Source: Verrucomicrobiota bacterium
Lineage (GTDB): Bacteria > Verrucomicrobiota > Verrucomicrobiia > Limisphaerales > Palsa-1400
Assembly (NCBI GenBank): GCA_050014435.1
Contig: JBEKDI010000016.1
Coordinates: 410-64,409, forward strand
Direction of reading: 5' to 3'
Length of the DNA: 64,000 bases
Positions 30,902 to 40,122 of the stretch are shown here, piece by piece. The position numbers were made by a program, and so were the translations under genes. Position 1 is the stretch's first letter. Each line of letters starts with the position of its first letter. The notes below the pieces were generated by a model that made no database searches, was not told the origin of the DNA, and saw only the letters and a list, made by a program, of their open reading frames with translations.

Positions 30902-31594
30902 CTACATCGTCAGTTGGCCGTCGGTCAATTCCATGACGCGGGGGGCGCGCGCGGCGATTTTGGCGTCGTGCGTGGCGATGACGAGGGTGGCCTGGCGTTC
31001 GGCAAGCAGGTCGTGAAGGAGTTGGATGATTTCCTCGCCGGTGTGCGAATCCAGGTTGCCTGTAGGCTCGTCGGCGAGAATCAGGTCCGGCTGATTGACG
31101 AGCGACCGGGCAATGGCCACGCGCTGCTGTTCGCCGCCGGACAACTCGTAGGGCCGGTGGGAGGCGCGCCGGGCCAGGCCGACGCGGTCCAGAAGTTCGC
31201 GCGCGCGCGCCTCCACCCCTGCCGGGGACTGCCGCGCCATGCGGGCCGGCAACATGATATTTTCGATCGCGCTGAGTTCGGGCAAAAGATGATAGGCCTG
31301 GAAAATGAAACCAACGCGACGGTTGCGCAATTGGGCCAGGGCGCCGGGGGCGAGCTGGCGGAGATTGATGCCGTCAAACAAAATTTCCCCCTGGTTGGGC
31401 AAATCCAGCCCGCCCAACAAGTGGAGCAGGGTGCTTTTGCCCGCGCCGGAAGCGCCGCGCAAGGCCACGAATTCGCCGCGCTGCACGGTCAGATCGAGGC
31501 CGCGCAACACCTCCAGGTTGCGCCCGCCCATGACGTAGGCCTTGTGCAGGTTGTGAGCGGCCAACATGGCTGGCGCGCCGGCCGGCTCATTCAT
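30902..31594 (-). CDS. lolD: Lipoprotein-releasing ABC transporter ATP-binding protein LolD
   Basis: Walker A GASGAGKSTLL, signature LSGGEQQRVAIARSL and Walker B LILADEPTGNLD. The start at ATG 31594 overlaps the stop of the upstream permease gene. Confidence 0.85.
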   Translation of the reverse strand: MNEPAGAPAMLAAHNLHKAYVMGGRNLEVLRGLDLTVQRGEFVALRGASGAGKSTLLHLLGGLDLPNQGEILFDGINLRQLAPGALAQLRNRRVGFIFQAYHLLPELSAIENIMLPARMARQSPAGVEARARELLDRVGLARRASHRPYELSGGEQQRVAIARSLVNQPDLILADEPTGNLDSHTGEEIIQLLHDLLAERQATLVIATHDAKIAARAPRVMELTDGQLTM

Positions 31595-32867
31595 GACGCA
31601 GGGCCTCCACGGGTTGCAGACGGCTGGCCTTCCAGGCGGGAAACAAACCGGCCAGCACACAGGCGGCAAAGGCCGTCCCGCAGATAACCAGCACGTCCGG
31701 GGTTTGAATCGACGCCGGCAAATCATAAACATGATAAATGGACGAGGGCAGCAAGTCCGAGTGTGTCACCTGTCGCATGAGGGCGAGGAAGGGGTTGCGG
31801 TAATGCAGAGCCAGCATGCCGGCGGCAAAGCCCAGCCCCACCCCCAGCACCCCGACCACAATGCTCTGGCTGAGGAACAGACACAGAATCTGCCGGTTGT
31901 TGGCGCCGAGGGCCTTGAGAATGCCGATTTCGCGCGTTTTCTGGACGACGAAGGTGATCTGATAACTGACGATGCCGAAGGCGGCGGCGATCATGATGAA
32001 AAAAAGCAGAAAAAACATCATGTTCTTCTCCGTGGCCAGGGCGTTGAAAATGTCCGGGCTTTCCTCCTGCCACGTCCGCACCGTCAGGCCGCGCGCCGAG
32101 GCGGCCCGCAATTGGGCGGCGACTTCGTCCGCCAGGAACGGATCGCGCAGCTTGACTTGCAGGGCCTGGACGGAATTGTCCGGCAGGGACAGCAAGTCGC
32201 GCGCGTCATCCAGCGAAGCGACAATGAATTGATTGTTGAAGTCCGGAAAGCCGACGTCAAAAATGCCGCGCACGGTAAAATCCTCGCCCACCGTGACCTC
32301 GGTATTGGTCTTGCCGGTGGTGGGATCCATTTTTTGCAGGCTTTTCCAGGACCAGATGGCGACGCGGTCACCCACGCCCAAGCCGTTGAAGGTGGCGTAA
32401 CCGCAGCCAATGACCAACCCCTTGTCACTGAGGTCGAAGGAGCCGCCCTTGATGCTGGCCGGCAGCACATTGACTGTGCCGACGGTGGCGGGGTCCACGC
32501 CGGCCAAATACGGCGCGGAAGGAACGGGGCTGCCGGTGTCCGGCTCGGTTTTGACCAGGACCTGGCTGTGGATGAACGGGGAAGTGCCGACGACGTTGGG
32601 ATTGGCGGCAATCAGTTTCATGGCCGCTTGATAATTGGTGAAAACTTCGTCCCGGTCGGTTGGAAAGACGGTCAAGTGAGCGTTGAAACCAAGAATGCTG
32701 TCGCGCCATTCCTTGTCAAACCCGCTCATGACTGAGATAACCACGATCAAGACGGCCACGCCCAACAAAACCGCGCCGATGGAAATGAGCGTAATCACCG
32801 AGACAAAAGTCCGGCGCGGTCGCAAATAGCGAAGCGCTAAAAAGGCCTCAAAAGGCAGCCTTGACAT
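31587..32867 (-). CDS. LolC/LolE-family lipoprotein-release permease (FtsX/MacB type)
   Basis: 426-aa ORF. It has an N-terminal TM (LALRYLRPRRTFVSVITLISIGAVLLGV), a large periplasmic domain and a C-terminal FtsX 3-TM bundle (EIGILKALGAN). It is operonic with lolD. Confidence 0.85.
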   Translation of the reverse strand: MSRLPFEAFLALRYLRPRRTFVSVITLISIGAVLLGVAVLIVVISVMSGFDKEWRDSILGFNAHLTVFPTDRDEVFTNYQAAMKLIAANPNVVGTSPFIHSQVLVKTEPDTGSPVPSAPYLAGVDPATVGTVNVLPASIKGGSFDLSDKGLVIGCGYATFNGLGVGDRVAIWSWKSLQKMDPTTGKTNTEVTVGEDFTVRGIFDVGFPDFNNQFIVASLDDARDLLSLPDNSVQALQVKLRDPFLADEVAAQLRAASARGLTVRTWQEESPDIFNALATEKNMMFFLLFFIMIAAAFGIVSYQITFVVQKTREIGILKALGANNRQILCLFLSQSIVVGVLGVGLGFAAGMLALHYRNPFLALMRQVTHSDLLPSSIYHVYDLPASIQTPDVLVICGTAFAACVLAGLFPAWKASRLQPVEALRHE

Positions 32868-32968
32868 GCCCCATGAGACTACGGTTGCGCGGGCCGGGTG
32901 TCAACGAAGCGGCGAAGCCGCCAGGAAAAGATGCTCGCCTGATTCCACTGACGTGGTATCATGATGGG

Positions 32969-33224
32969 GTGAAGATCAAAACGACGCTCTATCCGCACAT
33001 TGTCACTGATCCGCGCATTGCAGGCGGTGCGCCCATTATGCCTGGTGACGTTCAACGTCGGGGACTTCGTCAAACTCCACAAACAATGGCTAGAGGCGAA
33101 GCGTGAGCATGCGGGAATCGTGGTATCCAGGCAATTGCCAATCGGCGAATCACTGCGCCGGCTGCTCATTTTGTTGCTCAAGGAAGACCCTGCTTCGATG
33201 AGATCTCAACTGCGGTTTTTTTGA
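32969..33224 (+). pseudogene. Collapsed remnant of a DUF433 / DUF5615 (PIN-like) two-gene module
   Basis: One frame gives YPHIVTDPRIAGGAPI, the N-terminal DUF433 signature, then breaks off. From ~33030 a different frame gives LCLVTFNVGDFVKLHKQWLEAKREHAGIVVS, the C-terminal DUF5615 signature. The C-terminus of the first gene and the N-terminus of the second are missing. Confidence 0.5.
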
Positions 33225-33231
33225 GCGCAAG

Positions 33232-33840
33232 TCAGTGCGGCGGCGCGTTGGTTTTGGCGCCGGCATTTATCATGACAAAAGGCTCGCCAAAACGGCCATA
33301 ATCAAACTTGTTCGTGCTGAATTGCCCCGCCTCCAGAATCCGGAGATACCGGTATTTCAAAACCACTGTCCCGTCCGGTTTGACCTTCTCCGGCACCCCG
33401 TAGATGAGGGCGAGCTTGCCGGGCGCGGCGTACGCTTCAGCGCTGTCGGCTGTGGCGGCGGCGCCAATTTTGTCCAGGTGCCATGTGATGCGAAAAAGGC
33501 CCTCGCCGCGGGGTGAAACAAACAGCGTAATATGGTGGCCGTCATTGTACTCAATGCCGTTGAAGTAATGATGCTCGAAAACGGTCTCGGCCTCGATTTT
33601 GCCGTTCTCGCCTTCGTCACGCGCGTCGGTGCTGCGAATGATGCCGGCCCACACCACCGGAACGCCCGCATAAGTCGCGGGTTCCTTGCGCACGTCGTCC
33701 GGATAAACGTCCACGCGGGAGCGCAAGAGTTCCATCTGCTCCGGTTTGCTGGCCGGCTGATATGACTCGTTGCCGGCCCGTGTGGCGCAGGAAACAAGGA
33801 GGGTCAGCGCGAAAAATGCCACGACAAGATTGCGTATCAT
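33232..33840 (-). CDS. Lipoprotein, possibly Slp/OB-fold-like
   Basis: Lipobox FFALTLLVSC-ATR. GVPVVWAGIIRS followed by a beta-rich core loosely resembles Slp-family lipoproteins. The family assignment is weak. Confidence 0.6.
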   Translation of the reverse strand: MIRNLVVAFFALTLLVSCATRAGNESYQPASKPEQMELLRSRVDVYPDDVRKEPATYAGVPVVWAGIIRSTDARDEGENGKIEAETVFEHHYFNGIEYNDGHHITLFVSPRGEGLFRITWHLDKIGAAATADSAEAYAAPGKLALIYGVPEKVKPDGTVVLKYRYLRILEAGQFSTNKFDYGRFGEPFVMINAGAKTNAPPH

Positions 33841-33923
33841 ATAATATTGCAGGTTGAATAAACGCCGATCACGGCTCTGAGACTACCGGATGCCAGATTT
33901 CATTGCCACTCTTTTTCAAACGG

Positions 33924-35663
33924 TTACTTCTCCGGCCAAACGAAATCGGAATTCGTCTGGAAACTGTCGATTTGGCCGCCAACGTGGCCACCGTGGTCCT
34001 GTTGGCTCCAGCCAATAGAATAGAGCTGAAACGTGCCGTCAGCATTGCGGCAGTAGTGCGGCGACCGCCCTCCGATGACGTCGTGGGGAATTGTCTCGAT
34101 GAACTGCGGGACCAGAGCGTCGAGGACTACTGGATACTGGCCATACTCCAGGCGATAGCGCTCTAACGCGCATACAATCCGCGCTTGGTTGACCATCGTT
34201 TGGATGCGAGTGAAAGTCTGGGCGGCTCGTACAAAGTTTGGAATGGCTATGGCGGAAAGAAGTGTAAATGGGGACCAAAATGGATGGGCAATCGTGCTTT
34301 GCACTTCCTGCATTGCTGCCTCGATTTTGTTTGGGACCACTTCTTGATTTGCCGACTCAAAACCTTCAGCCACCTTCTGTTGAAGATTGGCATAAACCAC
34401 GATGTTCTGGTATTCCCAGCCTCGTGGCATCAAATCAGAAAGCGAGACGTTGCGGAGTTTCGACCAATTGAGAACAAATGGGGATTGCGAGTCGTGCCGC
34501 GTAGCCATTTCCATCATGCGGCAAGCACGTGCCCGATCAAATTCAATCGAGTTCACCATAAAACGGCGCAAATTGATTTCCTTGAGCTGTTCCTCCAGCG
34601 CGGTCAACTGTGGTTCCTGCCACACTTTCAGTCGTATTCCCTCCTCAATCGTGTCCACGCATAGGCCTGTCACGGCAACATTTATCATGGCTGCCACCAA
34701 AGTCATAGGCTGGGCCGTTGGCCGGGCTTCCAGCACGCCGCACAGTTCATGCATAAAGGTCAATTCATCCAAAGCCCTCCCAGGCTGGCCGAGGACCATA
34801 TAAGTTCGGGACATGGCCGCCAGACTTTGTTCGAGAATCCGGACCGTGACAAAATTTGGAATGGGAATGTCAACGGGATCACGATAGTCGCCCTCCATCC
34901 GCCCATAAGGACGATGCAATGCCTTGCGGATCAAGGCGAATTCTGGTTCAAGCTGCTGACTCCACTTCAGGAATTCCGCAACAGTGTCAGGAGCGAGCAT
35001 CGTTACTCTGTAGGATTCGTTGCCCACGCACTCAAGTTGGATGTTTTCGGTATCTGGAAAGATTGTGTTGGCGATGGGTTTCGGCAGAAAATGCAGCAAG
35101 TCCTTCTCCGCCGGCGCAGTTTGGCACTGCAAATGGATTTGGGCCGGTCGGATTTCCTTCGGTTGCCGCAGAATGAGATCGAAACCGGCCGGTGCCATGA
35201 CAACCGGACCAAGAGCGTCCTTGATCAACCTGCCCGCCTTCTCTGGTGCTCGTGGATCTTCCCATCGCAACACGAGAGCCCCGCTATGGTTGTGGTCGAT
35301 TGTCCCCGGCAAACCAATCGTCAACTCGGCGATGGTAAGACGCGCTGTCCTGTTGCTCCGGTCATAGCCTGGGTAAGAAATTGTTTTGGAAAATCCCGTC
35401 TCTTCCCAGGCAATAAACCATTTCTGCATCTCCGGCACGCCAAACATGTTTTCATCCGCCGGAACGGGCGCGGGAATATAATTGGTCCAATCCAGTCTGA
35501 CGCCTTTGGCTTCGAGTTGGCGCTTGCAATTCTCCCACGCCCGCCTACCGCGCCAGTTTTCCTCGGTGTAGAAAAGCGCGACGATTATGGCAAGGGCCGC
35601 CGAACCAACCAAGAGGCGGCTTAATCGCCGTGAGCGCGGTGACGCAGTTTCAGGCGGAGTCAT
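33924..35663 (-). CDS. Hypothetical membrane-anchored protein
   Basis: 579-aa ORF with an N-terminal anchor (RLSRLLVGSAALAIIVALFYTEENWRGRRAWE). No catalytic motif was recognised, but codon usage is consistent with coding. Confidence 0.7.
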   Translation of the reverse strand: MTPPETASPRSRRLSRLLVGSAALAIIVALFYTEENWRGRRAWENCKRQLEAKGVRLDWTNYIPAPVPADENMFGVPEMQKWFIAWEETGFSKTISYPGYDRSNRTARLTIAELTIGLPGTIDHNHSGALVLRWEDPRAPEKAGRLIKDALGPVVMAPAGFDLILRQPKEIRPAQIHLQCQTAPAEKDLLHFLPKPIANTIFPDTENIQLECVGNESYRVTMLAPDTVAEFLKWSQQLEPEFALIRKALHRPYGRMEGDYRDPVDIPIPNFVTVRILEQSLAAMSRTYMVLGQPGRALDELTFMHELCGVLEARPTAQPMTLVAAMINVAVTGLCVDTIEEGIRLKVWQEPQLTALEEQLKEINLRRFMVNSIEFDRARACRMMEMATRHDSQSPFVLNWSKLRNVSLSDLMPRGWEYQNIVVYANLQQKVAEGFESANQEVVPNKIEAAMQEVQSTIAHPFWSPFTLLSAIAIPNFVRAAQTFTRIQTMVNQARIVCALERYRLEYGQYPVVLDALVPQFIETIPHDVIGGRSPHYCRNADGTFQLYSIGWSQQDHGGHVGGQIDSFQTNSDFVWPEK

Positions 35664-35718
35664 AATTGCCCCGGGAGTTCAGGCTCGTCCTGATGCATCG
35701 CCTGAAACATCTAGGGCG

Positions 35719-36762
35719 TTACTGGCCCGGTGCCGGCTCCATGGTGTAAACCAGCAGCCTCAAGGTGCCGGGAATCATCCGGGGACGCCTTTCCCCCTCG
35801 GCGGGCGGATTGAACTTGGCCGTCGGCAGATAGATCCTGTGAGTTTTCGGATCGAGCGTCATGGTTCTCGCGCCGCGCGCCGTCTTTAACGTCTGCACCA
35901 CGGTGAGCTTGTCCGGCGCGTCTTCATGCGCAATGGTCGTCGTGCCATCGCCGCATGAACTGAAGGCCAGTTGCGTACCGTCATCGAAGGCGCAGGCATC
36001 GACTCCGTTGCCAATCGGCACCGAAGTGATCACTTTGCCGTCCGTGCTGTCCATCATCACCATCAGGTTGTTGTGGCAGCCGCTGAAAAGGCGGTGATGA
36101 GCCGCATCAATGGCCAGGCCGGAACCCTCCTCGCCCGGGGCGAGCGGCCAGTTGGTCACAACACTGTGCGTCGCCGCGTCGATCACGGCCACTTCACTTT
36201 TGTCTTCAATATTGTCATAGACACGGCCCGCCGCCGGATCGGCTGCGGGAAACTCCGGCTTCCCATCCAGCGCGATGGTCGCAACCACCTTGCCTGATTT
36301 GGCGTCGATCACCGTGGCCGAACGGCCGCGACCGTTGAACATATAAGCCTCCTGCCGGCCCGGCTCATAAACCATGCCGTCGGGATTCTGGCCGGTGTCC
36401 ACCTTTGATAGGATTTGCAAAGTCTTCAAATCGACGATGGCGGCCTTTCCTTCCCGGCCGTCGCTGACAAAACCGCGCCCCAGTTCCGGGGCCGGTGCCA
36501 GGCCGTGGACGCCCGGAGTATTGGTGATTCTGCCCACCACGCTATCCGCGTCAATGTCCACCACCACCACCTCCGCGCCGTGGCTCATGTAGAGACGGCG
36601 GGCCGATGCGTCCACCGAAAGATAATCCCAGCCGCCTTCGCCGCTGATGGGAATTTCCTTCAAAAAGTGATACGACCCTTGCGCGCCGCAGGTTGCCGCC
36701 GTGACCAGCCCGACGGCGATAAGCACGGCAGGCCCGAGGACAGAACGAGTTTTGTGTTTCAT
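35719..36762 (-). CDS. YncE/YVTN-type beta-propeller protein, secreted
   Basis: Starting at ATG 36762 gives the signal MKHKTRSVLGPAVLIAVGLVTAATCGAQ. Repeated units of the DxxxxRLYxxxxxxxxVxVID type are present (ARRLYMSHGAEVVVVDID, GRGFVSDGREGKAAIVDLK, QEAYMFNGRGRSATVIDAK, GRVYDNIEDKSEVAVIDAA). Confidence 0.8.
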   Translation of the reverse strand: MKHKTRSVLGPAVLIAVGLVTAATCGAQGSYHFLKEIPISGEGGWDYLSVDASARRLYMSHGAEVVVVDIDADSVVGRITNTPGVHGLAPAPELGRGFVSDGREGKAAIVDLKTLQILSKVDTGQNPDGMVYEPGRQEAYMFNGRGRSATVIDAKSGKVVATIALDGKPEFPAADPAAGRVYDNIEDKSEVAVIDAATHSVVTNWPLAPGEEGSGLAIDAAHHRLFSGCHNNLMVMMDSTDGKVITSVPIGNGVDACAFDDGTQLAFSSCGDGTTTIAHEDAPDKLTVVQTLKTARGARTMTLDPKTHRIYLPTAKFNPPAEGERRPRMIPGTLRLLVYTMEPAPGQ

Positions 36763-36824
36763 AGGCTTGGGACTGATAACATGACGTTTGTCCGATGGGA
36801 AGTCTTTCTTGCAGCCGTTCTTAA

Positions 36825-36892
36825 TCTTAATCCTAATCATAATCTTAATCCCAAATGCACAAAGAAGATTAAGATTAAGATTAGGATTAAGA
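36825..36892. repeat. Palindromic (GATTAA/GATTAG)n hexamer array; 26-bp-arm hairpin
   Basis: The left arm at 36825-36850 pairs with GATTAAGATTAAGATTAGGATTAAGA at 36867-36892 in 25 of 26 positions, around a 16-nt loop. The stop codon of the pseudouridine synthase gene lies inside the right arm. Confidence 0.85.
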
Positions 36893-37453
36893 ACCACAAA
36901 CCAGCGCCCGCTCCTCATCGTTGAGCGCGCGCCAGCGGCCCGGGGCCAGGCAGGCCAAATCGAAATTCCCGATCCGTACTCGGATGAGTCGCAACGTTGG
37001 ATGCCCCGCCGCCGCCGTCATGCGCCGTGCCTGGCGGTTCTTTCCCTCGATCAGTTCCAGTCCGATCCAGCGGTCCGGGATCGTTTTCCGCGCGCGGATG
37101 GGCGGCTGACGCGGGGCGACTTCCGGTTGCGGATCGATCAGCCAGGCACGGCACGGCAATGTCTTTCTCCCTTGGATGACCAAGCCGCGGGACAAGGCGC
37201 GCAAGGCTTCCGGCGTTGGAACGCCTTCCACCTGTGCCCAATAGACGCGCTTGTGTCCATGGCGGGGTTGCAGCAGTTGGGCGTTCAGCGCCGCTTCATC
37301 GCTCAGTAGCAGAAGCCCTTCGGAATCCGCATCCAGTCGGCCAATGGGGTAAACGCCCGGAGGAAATTGAAATTCCGCCAGCGTGCGATGGCCCGAACCA
37401 TCCGGGGTGAACCGGGAAAGCACCCCGTAAGGCTTATGGAAGGCAATCAGCAT
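36887..37453 (-). CDS. rRNA pseudouridine synthase, RsuA/RluE family
   Basis: LIAFHKPYGVLSRF, the catalytic-Asp motif GRLDADSEGLLLLSDE, and YWAQVEG. Confidence 0.85.
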   Translation of the reverse strand: MLIAFHKPYGVLSRFTPDGSGHRTLAEFQFPPGVYPIGRLDADSEGLLLLSDEAALNAQLLQPRHGHKRVYWAQVEGVPTPEALRALSRGLVIQGRKTLPCRAWLIDPQPEVAPRQPPIRARKTIPDRWIGLELIEGKNRQARRMTAAAGHPTLRLIRVRIGNFDLACLAPGRWRALNDEERALVCGS

Positions 37454-37554
37454 CCAAAACAAGCTTGGCACGCCCAAAACGGCGCTCCAGAAATTTTCAG
37501 AAATATTTTCACCTGGACAGCCTTTGTCCAGGTGCCCTCGCTACAGTGGGCGGC

Positions 37555-37719
37555 ATGATGAATACAAATCAAATGGAACTGGGTCTGAAAGCGAAGCAAC
37601 TCCGCGCCGCCGCGGCGCAAAAACAACGGCGCCAGGAGCGGGCGCAATGGTGGTTTGGCCAGATGCGCCGGGTGGTGGCCGCATCGCTGGAATGGAAACC
37701 CCAGAAAGTTGAAGGTTGA
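37555..37719 (+). CDS. Possible 54-aa basic protein
   Basis: MMNTNQMELGLKAKQLRAAAAQKQRRQERAQWWFGQMRRVVAASLEWKPQKVEG. No family was recognised. It is flanked downstream by purine/pyrimidine-rich inverted repeats. Confidence 0.3.
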   Translation: MMNTNQMELGLKAKQLRAAAAQKQRRQERAQWWFGQMRRVVAASLEWKPQKVEG

Positions 37720-37828
37720 GTCAATAAAGTCAGAATTAAGAAGGAAGAATTAAGAAGTCAAAACGGGCATCTCGCCTCCCAAGAAGCCATGGGCATTGGC
37801 TGTCTTCTTCCTTCATAATTCATAATTC

Positions 37829-39457
37829 TTAACTCTTAATTTTTTTCCGCCTCCACCACAGCAGCAGCACGAGGAACCAACTCAAGTTCAGCCAGCCGGA
37901 GTAAGGCAGGGCCGCCAGCACCGTGCGGAAAAAACCACTGTTCGCGAAGAATGCCTTCGCGTCGGCGTCGTTGGCATGCCGCGCCAGCGCGACGCCGCCA
38001 ACGGCAAACTCATGGGCCGCCGCCGCCCCGCCTTGCGCACCCACCCAGGCAATCGCGCAACCTCCCACAGCCTTCCAGCCGATGGCCATGCCGCCAACCG
38101 CAAACGGCGCCAGGGCGAACCCTCCAAAAGCCATCAATCCAACCGCAAAACCGCCCAGCGTCAACAGACCGACAGAGACTCCGCCAAAGCTGATCGGCGC
38201 AACCGCCACCCCGCCAAAGGCGAAAAGTGCCCCAAGGGCCGAATCACCCGCGGCAATCCACGCCTTGACCGGCCCTCGTTCGAGTCCGCCCCGGAAACGA
38301 ATGTGGATCAAGGGCAAACCGAGCAAAGCAAGCTTGCTGCGATACTCGAACAAAGGCACGAGCGTGAACGCGGGATGATGATCTTCCATTTCCTGCCGGC
38401 GAATTTTCCGCAGGGACCGGCGCATCCAGACCGTGAGCGCCATGACCACGAAGAGGTAGGCCACGCCAATTCCAAGCAGCAATTCGATATACAGCCCGGG
38501 GCGGTTCTTGATCAACGCGCCATTCCCCAGCGCGAGCGAGAATACGGCCGCCAAAAAAACCACGATGCAGACGACCAGGATGCGATAGTATTTGGTCGTC
38601 AATGCGCGTCGCTGCGGGGAGTTGGCGTCCGCCCGGTCCAGTCTGTAGCCGAAGTAGATGCCAAAGAAAACGAACAAAGGCCCGAGGACCGCATTGCACA
38701 AACCGGCCAAACCGGCCGACTTCGCCAAAGCGCCGCCTTTGGCCGCCGTCGCGCCGACGGCTGCCGCCTTGGCGGAGGTGGCCATGAACGGCAAGGCCGC
38801 CAGCACGCCCAGGGTGAACGCCTTGCCCGGAGTGGATTGTTCCAAGGCCCCTTCCACAAAGGCCAGCACCTGCTCTTGCAGCAGCTTGCGCCCGCGTGAG
38901 AGGCGTTGCTTCACGGCAACCTCTGTCAGGTCCAATGCCTCCGCCACACGCTCCACCGACTGGTGCTCGCGATAAAACAACACAAGCGGCTCGCGATACG
39001 TCCCGGGAATGCGCTCCAACGAACGCCAAAGAATGGACTCTTCCTCCTTGCTGATCATGTGATCGAGAGGAAGCGGTTCGTTCGAGGCAGACTCATTGGC
39101 TTCCTCCAGGGGCCGGGCGGCGTGAACCGGTTCGCGGCTGTCCTGCCGCAGTGCTTTGCCAATGAGATTCCGCGCGATGCCGCACAACCAGGGGCGCAAC
39201 TTGGCCGGTTCGCGCAGTCCCGGCAGGCACTTCCATGCGGTCACAAAAGTCTGCTGCGCCAGGTCCTCGCTCTGGGCCAGGCTGCCGGTGGCGCTGTAGG
39301 CCAGCGAACAAATCAGCGCCTGGTGCTGGGCCACAATCCGCCCAAACGCGTCGCGGTCGCCGGCCAGGCTCTCCGTCACCAGTGTGGCATCGTTGTATTC
39401 CGTTGCGGGCATTGTCAGTGTTGTTATCATATCACCGTATAAGTACCCGGAAAGCAC
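37829..39457 (-). CDS. ECF-type sigma-70 family factor fused to a polytopic membrane domain
   Basis: Region 2 (FGRIVAQHQALICSLAYSATGSLAQSEDLAQQTFVTAW, LRPWLCGIARN) and region 4 (REPLVLFYREHQSVERVAEALDLTEVAVKQRLSRGRKLL) are present. They are followed by ~340 aa with several TM helices and a 10-residue GG-x-A repeat. The start may be an internal Met (39430). Confidence 0.8.
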   Translation of the reverse strand: MLSGYLYGDMITTLTMPATEYNDATLVTESLAGDRDAFGRIVAQHQALICSLAYSATGSLAQSEDLAQQTFVTAWKCLPGLREPAKLRPWLCGIARNLIGKALRQDSREPVHAARPLEEANESASNEPLPLDHMISKEEESILWRSLERIPGTYREPLVLFYREHQSVERVAEALDLTEVAVKQRLSRGRKLLQEQVLAFVEGALEQSTPGKAFTLGVLAALPFMATSAKAAAVGATAAKGGALAKSAGLAGLCNAVLGPLFVFFGIYFGYRLDRADANSPQRRALTTKYYRILVVCIVVFLAAVFSLALGNGALIKNRPGLYIELLLGIGVAYLFVVMALTVWMRRSLRKIRRQEMEDHHPAFTLVPLFEYRSKLALLGLPLIHIRFRGGLERGPVKAWIAAGDSALGALFAFGGVAVAPISFGGVSVGLLTLGGFAVGLMAFGGFALAPFAVGGMAIGWKAVGGCAIAWVGAQGGAAAAHEFAVGGVALARHANDADAKAFFANSGFFRTVLAALPYSGWLNLSWFLVLLLWWRRKKIKS

Positions 39458-39513
39458 CGAAAGGTGACATGCTGATACCCCCTGTGCGGGCGCATCTAAA
39501 TCTTGGCGTTTCT

Positions 39514-39590
39514 CATTAACACCGCGGCTTTAGCCCGGTGTGGCGGCTGGCCTGCGAAATCCCTAACCGTTTCCAACGGTTTCCCAAGCG
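39514..39590. mobile_element. Half-unit of the MITE-like repeat family seen at 58730-58885
   Basis: The unit runs cattaa + hairpin (caccgcggctttagcccggtg) + spacer + cctaaccgtttccaacggtttccc. This is the same layout as each half of the 58730 element. It supplies the last ~25 codons and the stop of the adjacent VOC ORF. Confidence 0.5.
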
Positions 39591-39845
39591 ACACTCGCCC
39601 CATGAATCTTGATGCGTCTGCCCTGCTGCTACTGAATCGAGATTAAGCCAGATACGGACCGGATGAAGCGCACCTTCGGCAACTCGGTCGAGAAACAGTC
39701 GCGTCTTCTCACGCGAGACACCCGCGATGCCGTCTTCGCACTTCCAATCGAGCAAGAACCCTAACCGCAATTGATAAAACTCAATCGCTCGCGCAAGATC
39801 GCGGACGGGAACCTGCGGAATAGGTGTTGGTAGCTTACTGGCCAT
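39516..39845 (-). pseudogene. Truncated VOC (glyoxalase/bleomycin-resistance) family gene
   Basis: The N-terminal ~72 aa look like a VOC fold (IPQVPVRDLARAIEFYQLRLGFLLDW). The expected second half is missing, and after ...DSWGEC the reading frame runs into repeat-derived sequence (RLGNRWKRLGISQASRHTGLKPRC). Confidence 0.55.
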
Positions 39846-40122
39846 TTCTTCGGCTAACTATTAAAATACGAACAGCGGTTCTATATTGAAACCGGTCTTC
39901 TGACCGAATCCAAATGTCGCAACTTGCTCATAATCAACAGTTGATGCTTCAATGTACAGCAGCCGTTACGTTTTTTGAAGCACAAGACTCCGTCGCTCGG
40001 GCGGTGCTCGACTGCTCCATCTGCATTTTCAGATCGGCGGAAACACCATGCGATCAGCCTGGCTGCCTCGTCCCCTTCGCCCCGAATACGCCAGCGCGGA
40101 TTGCGGAACACCCCGCCGATTC

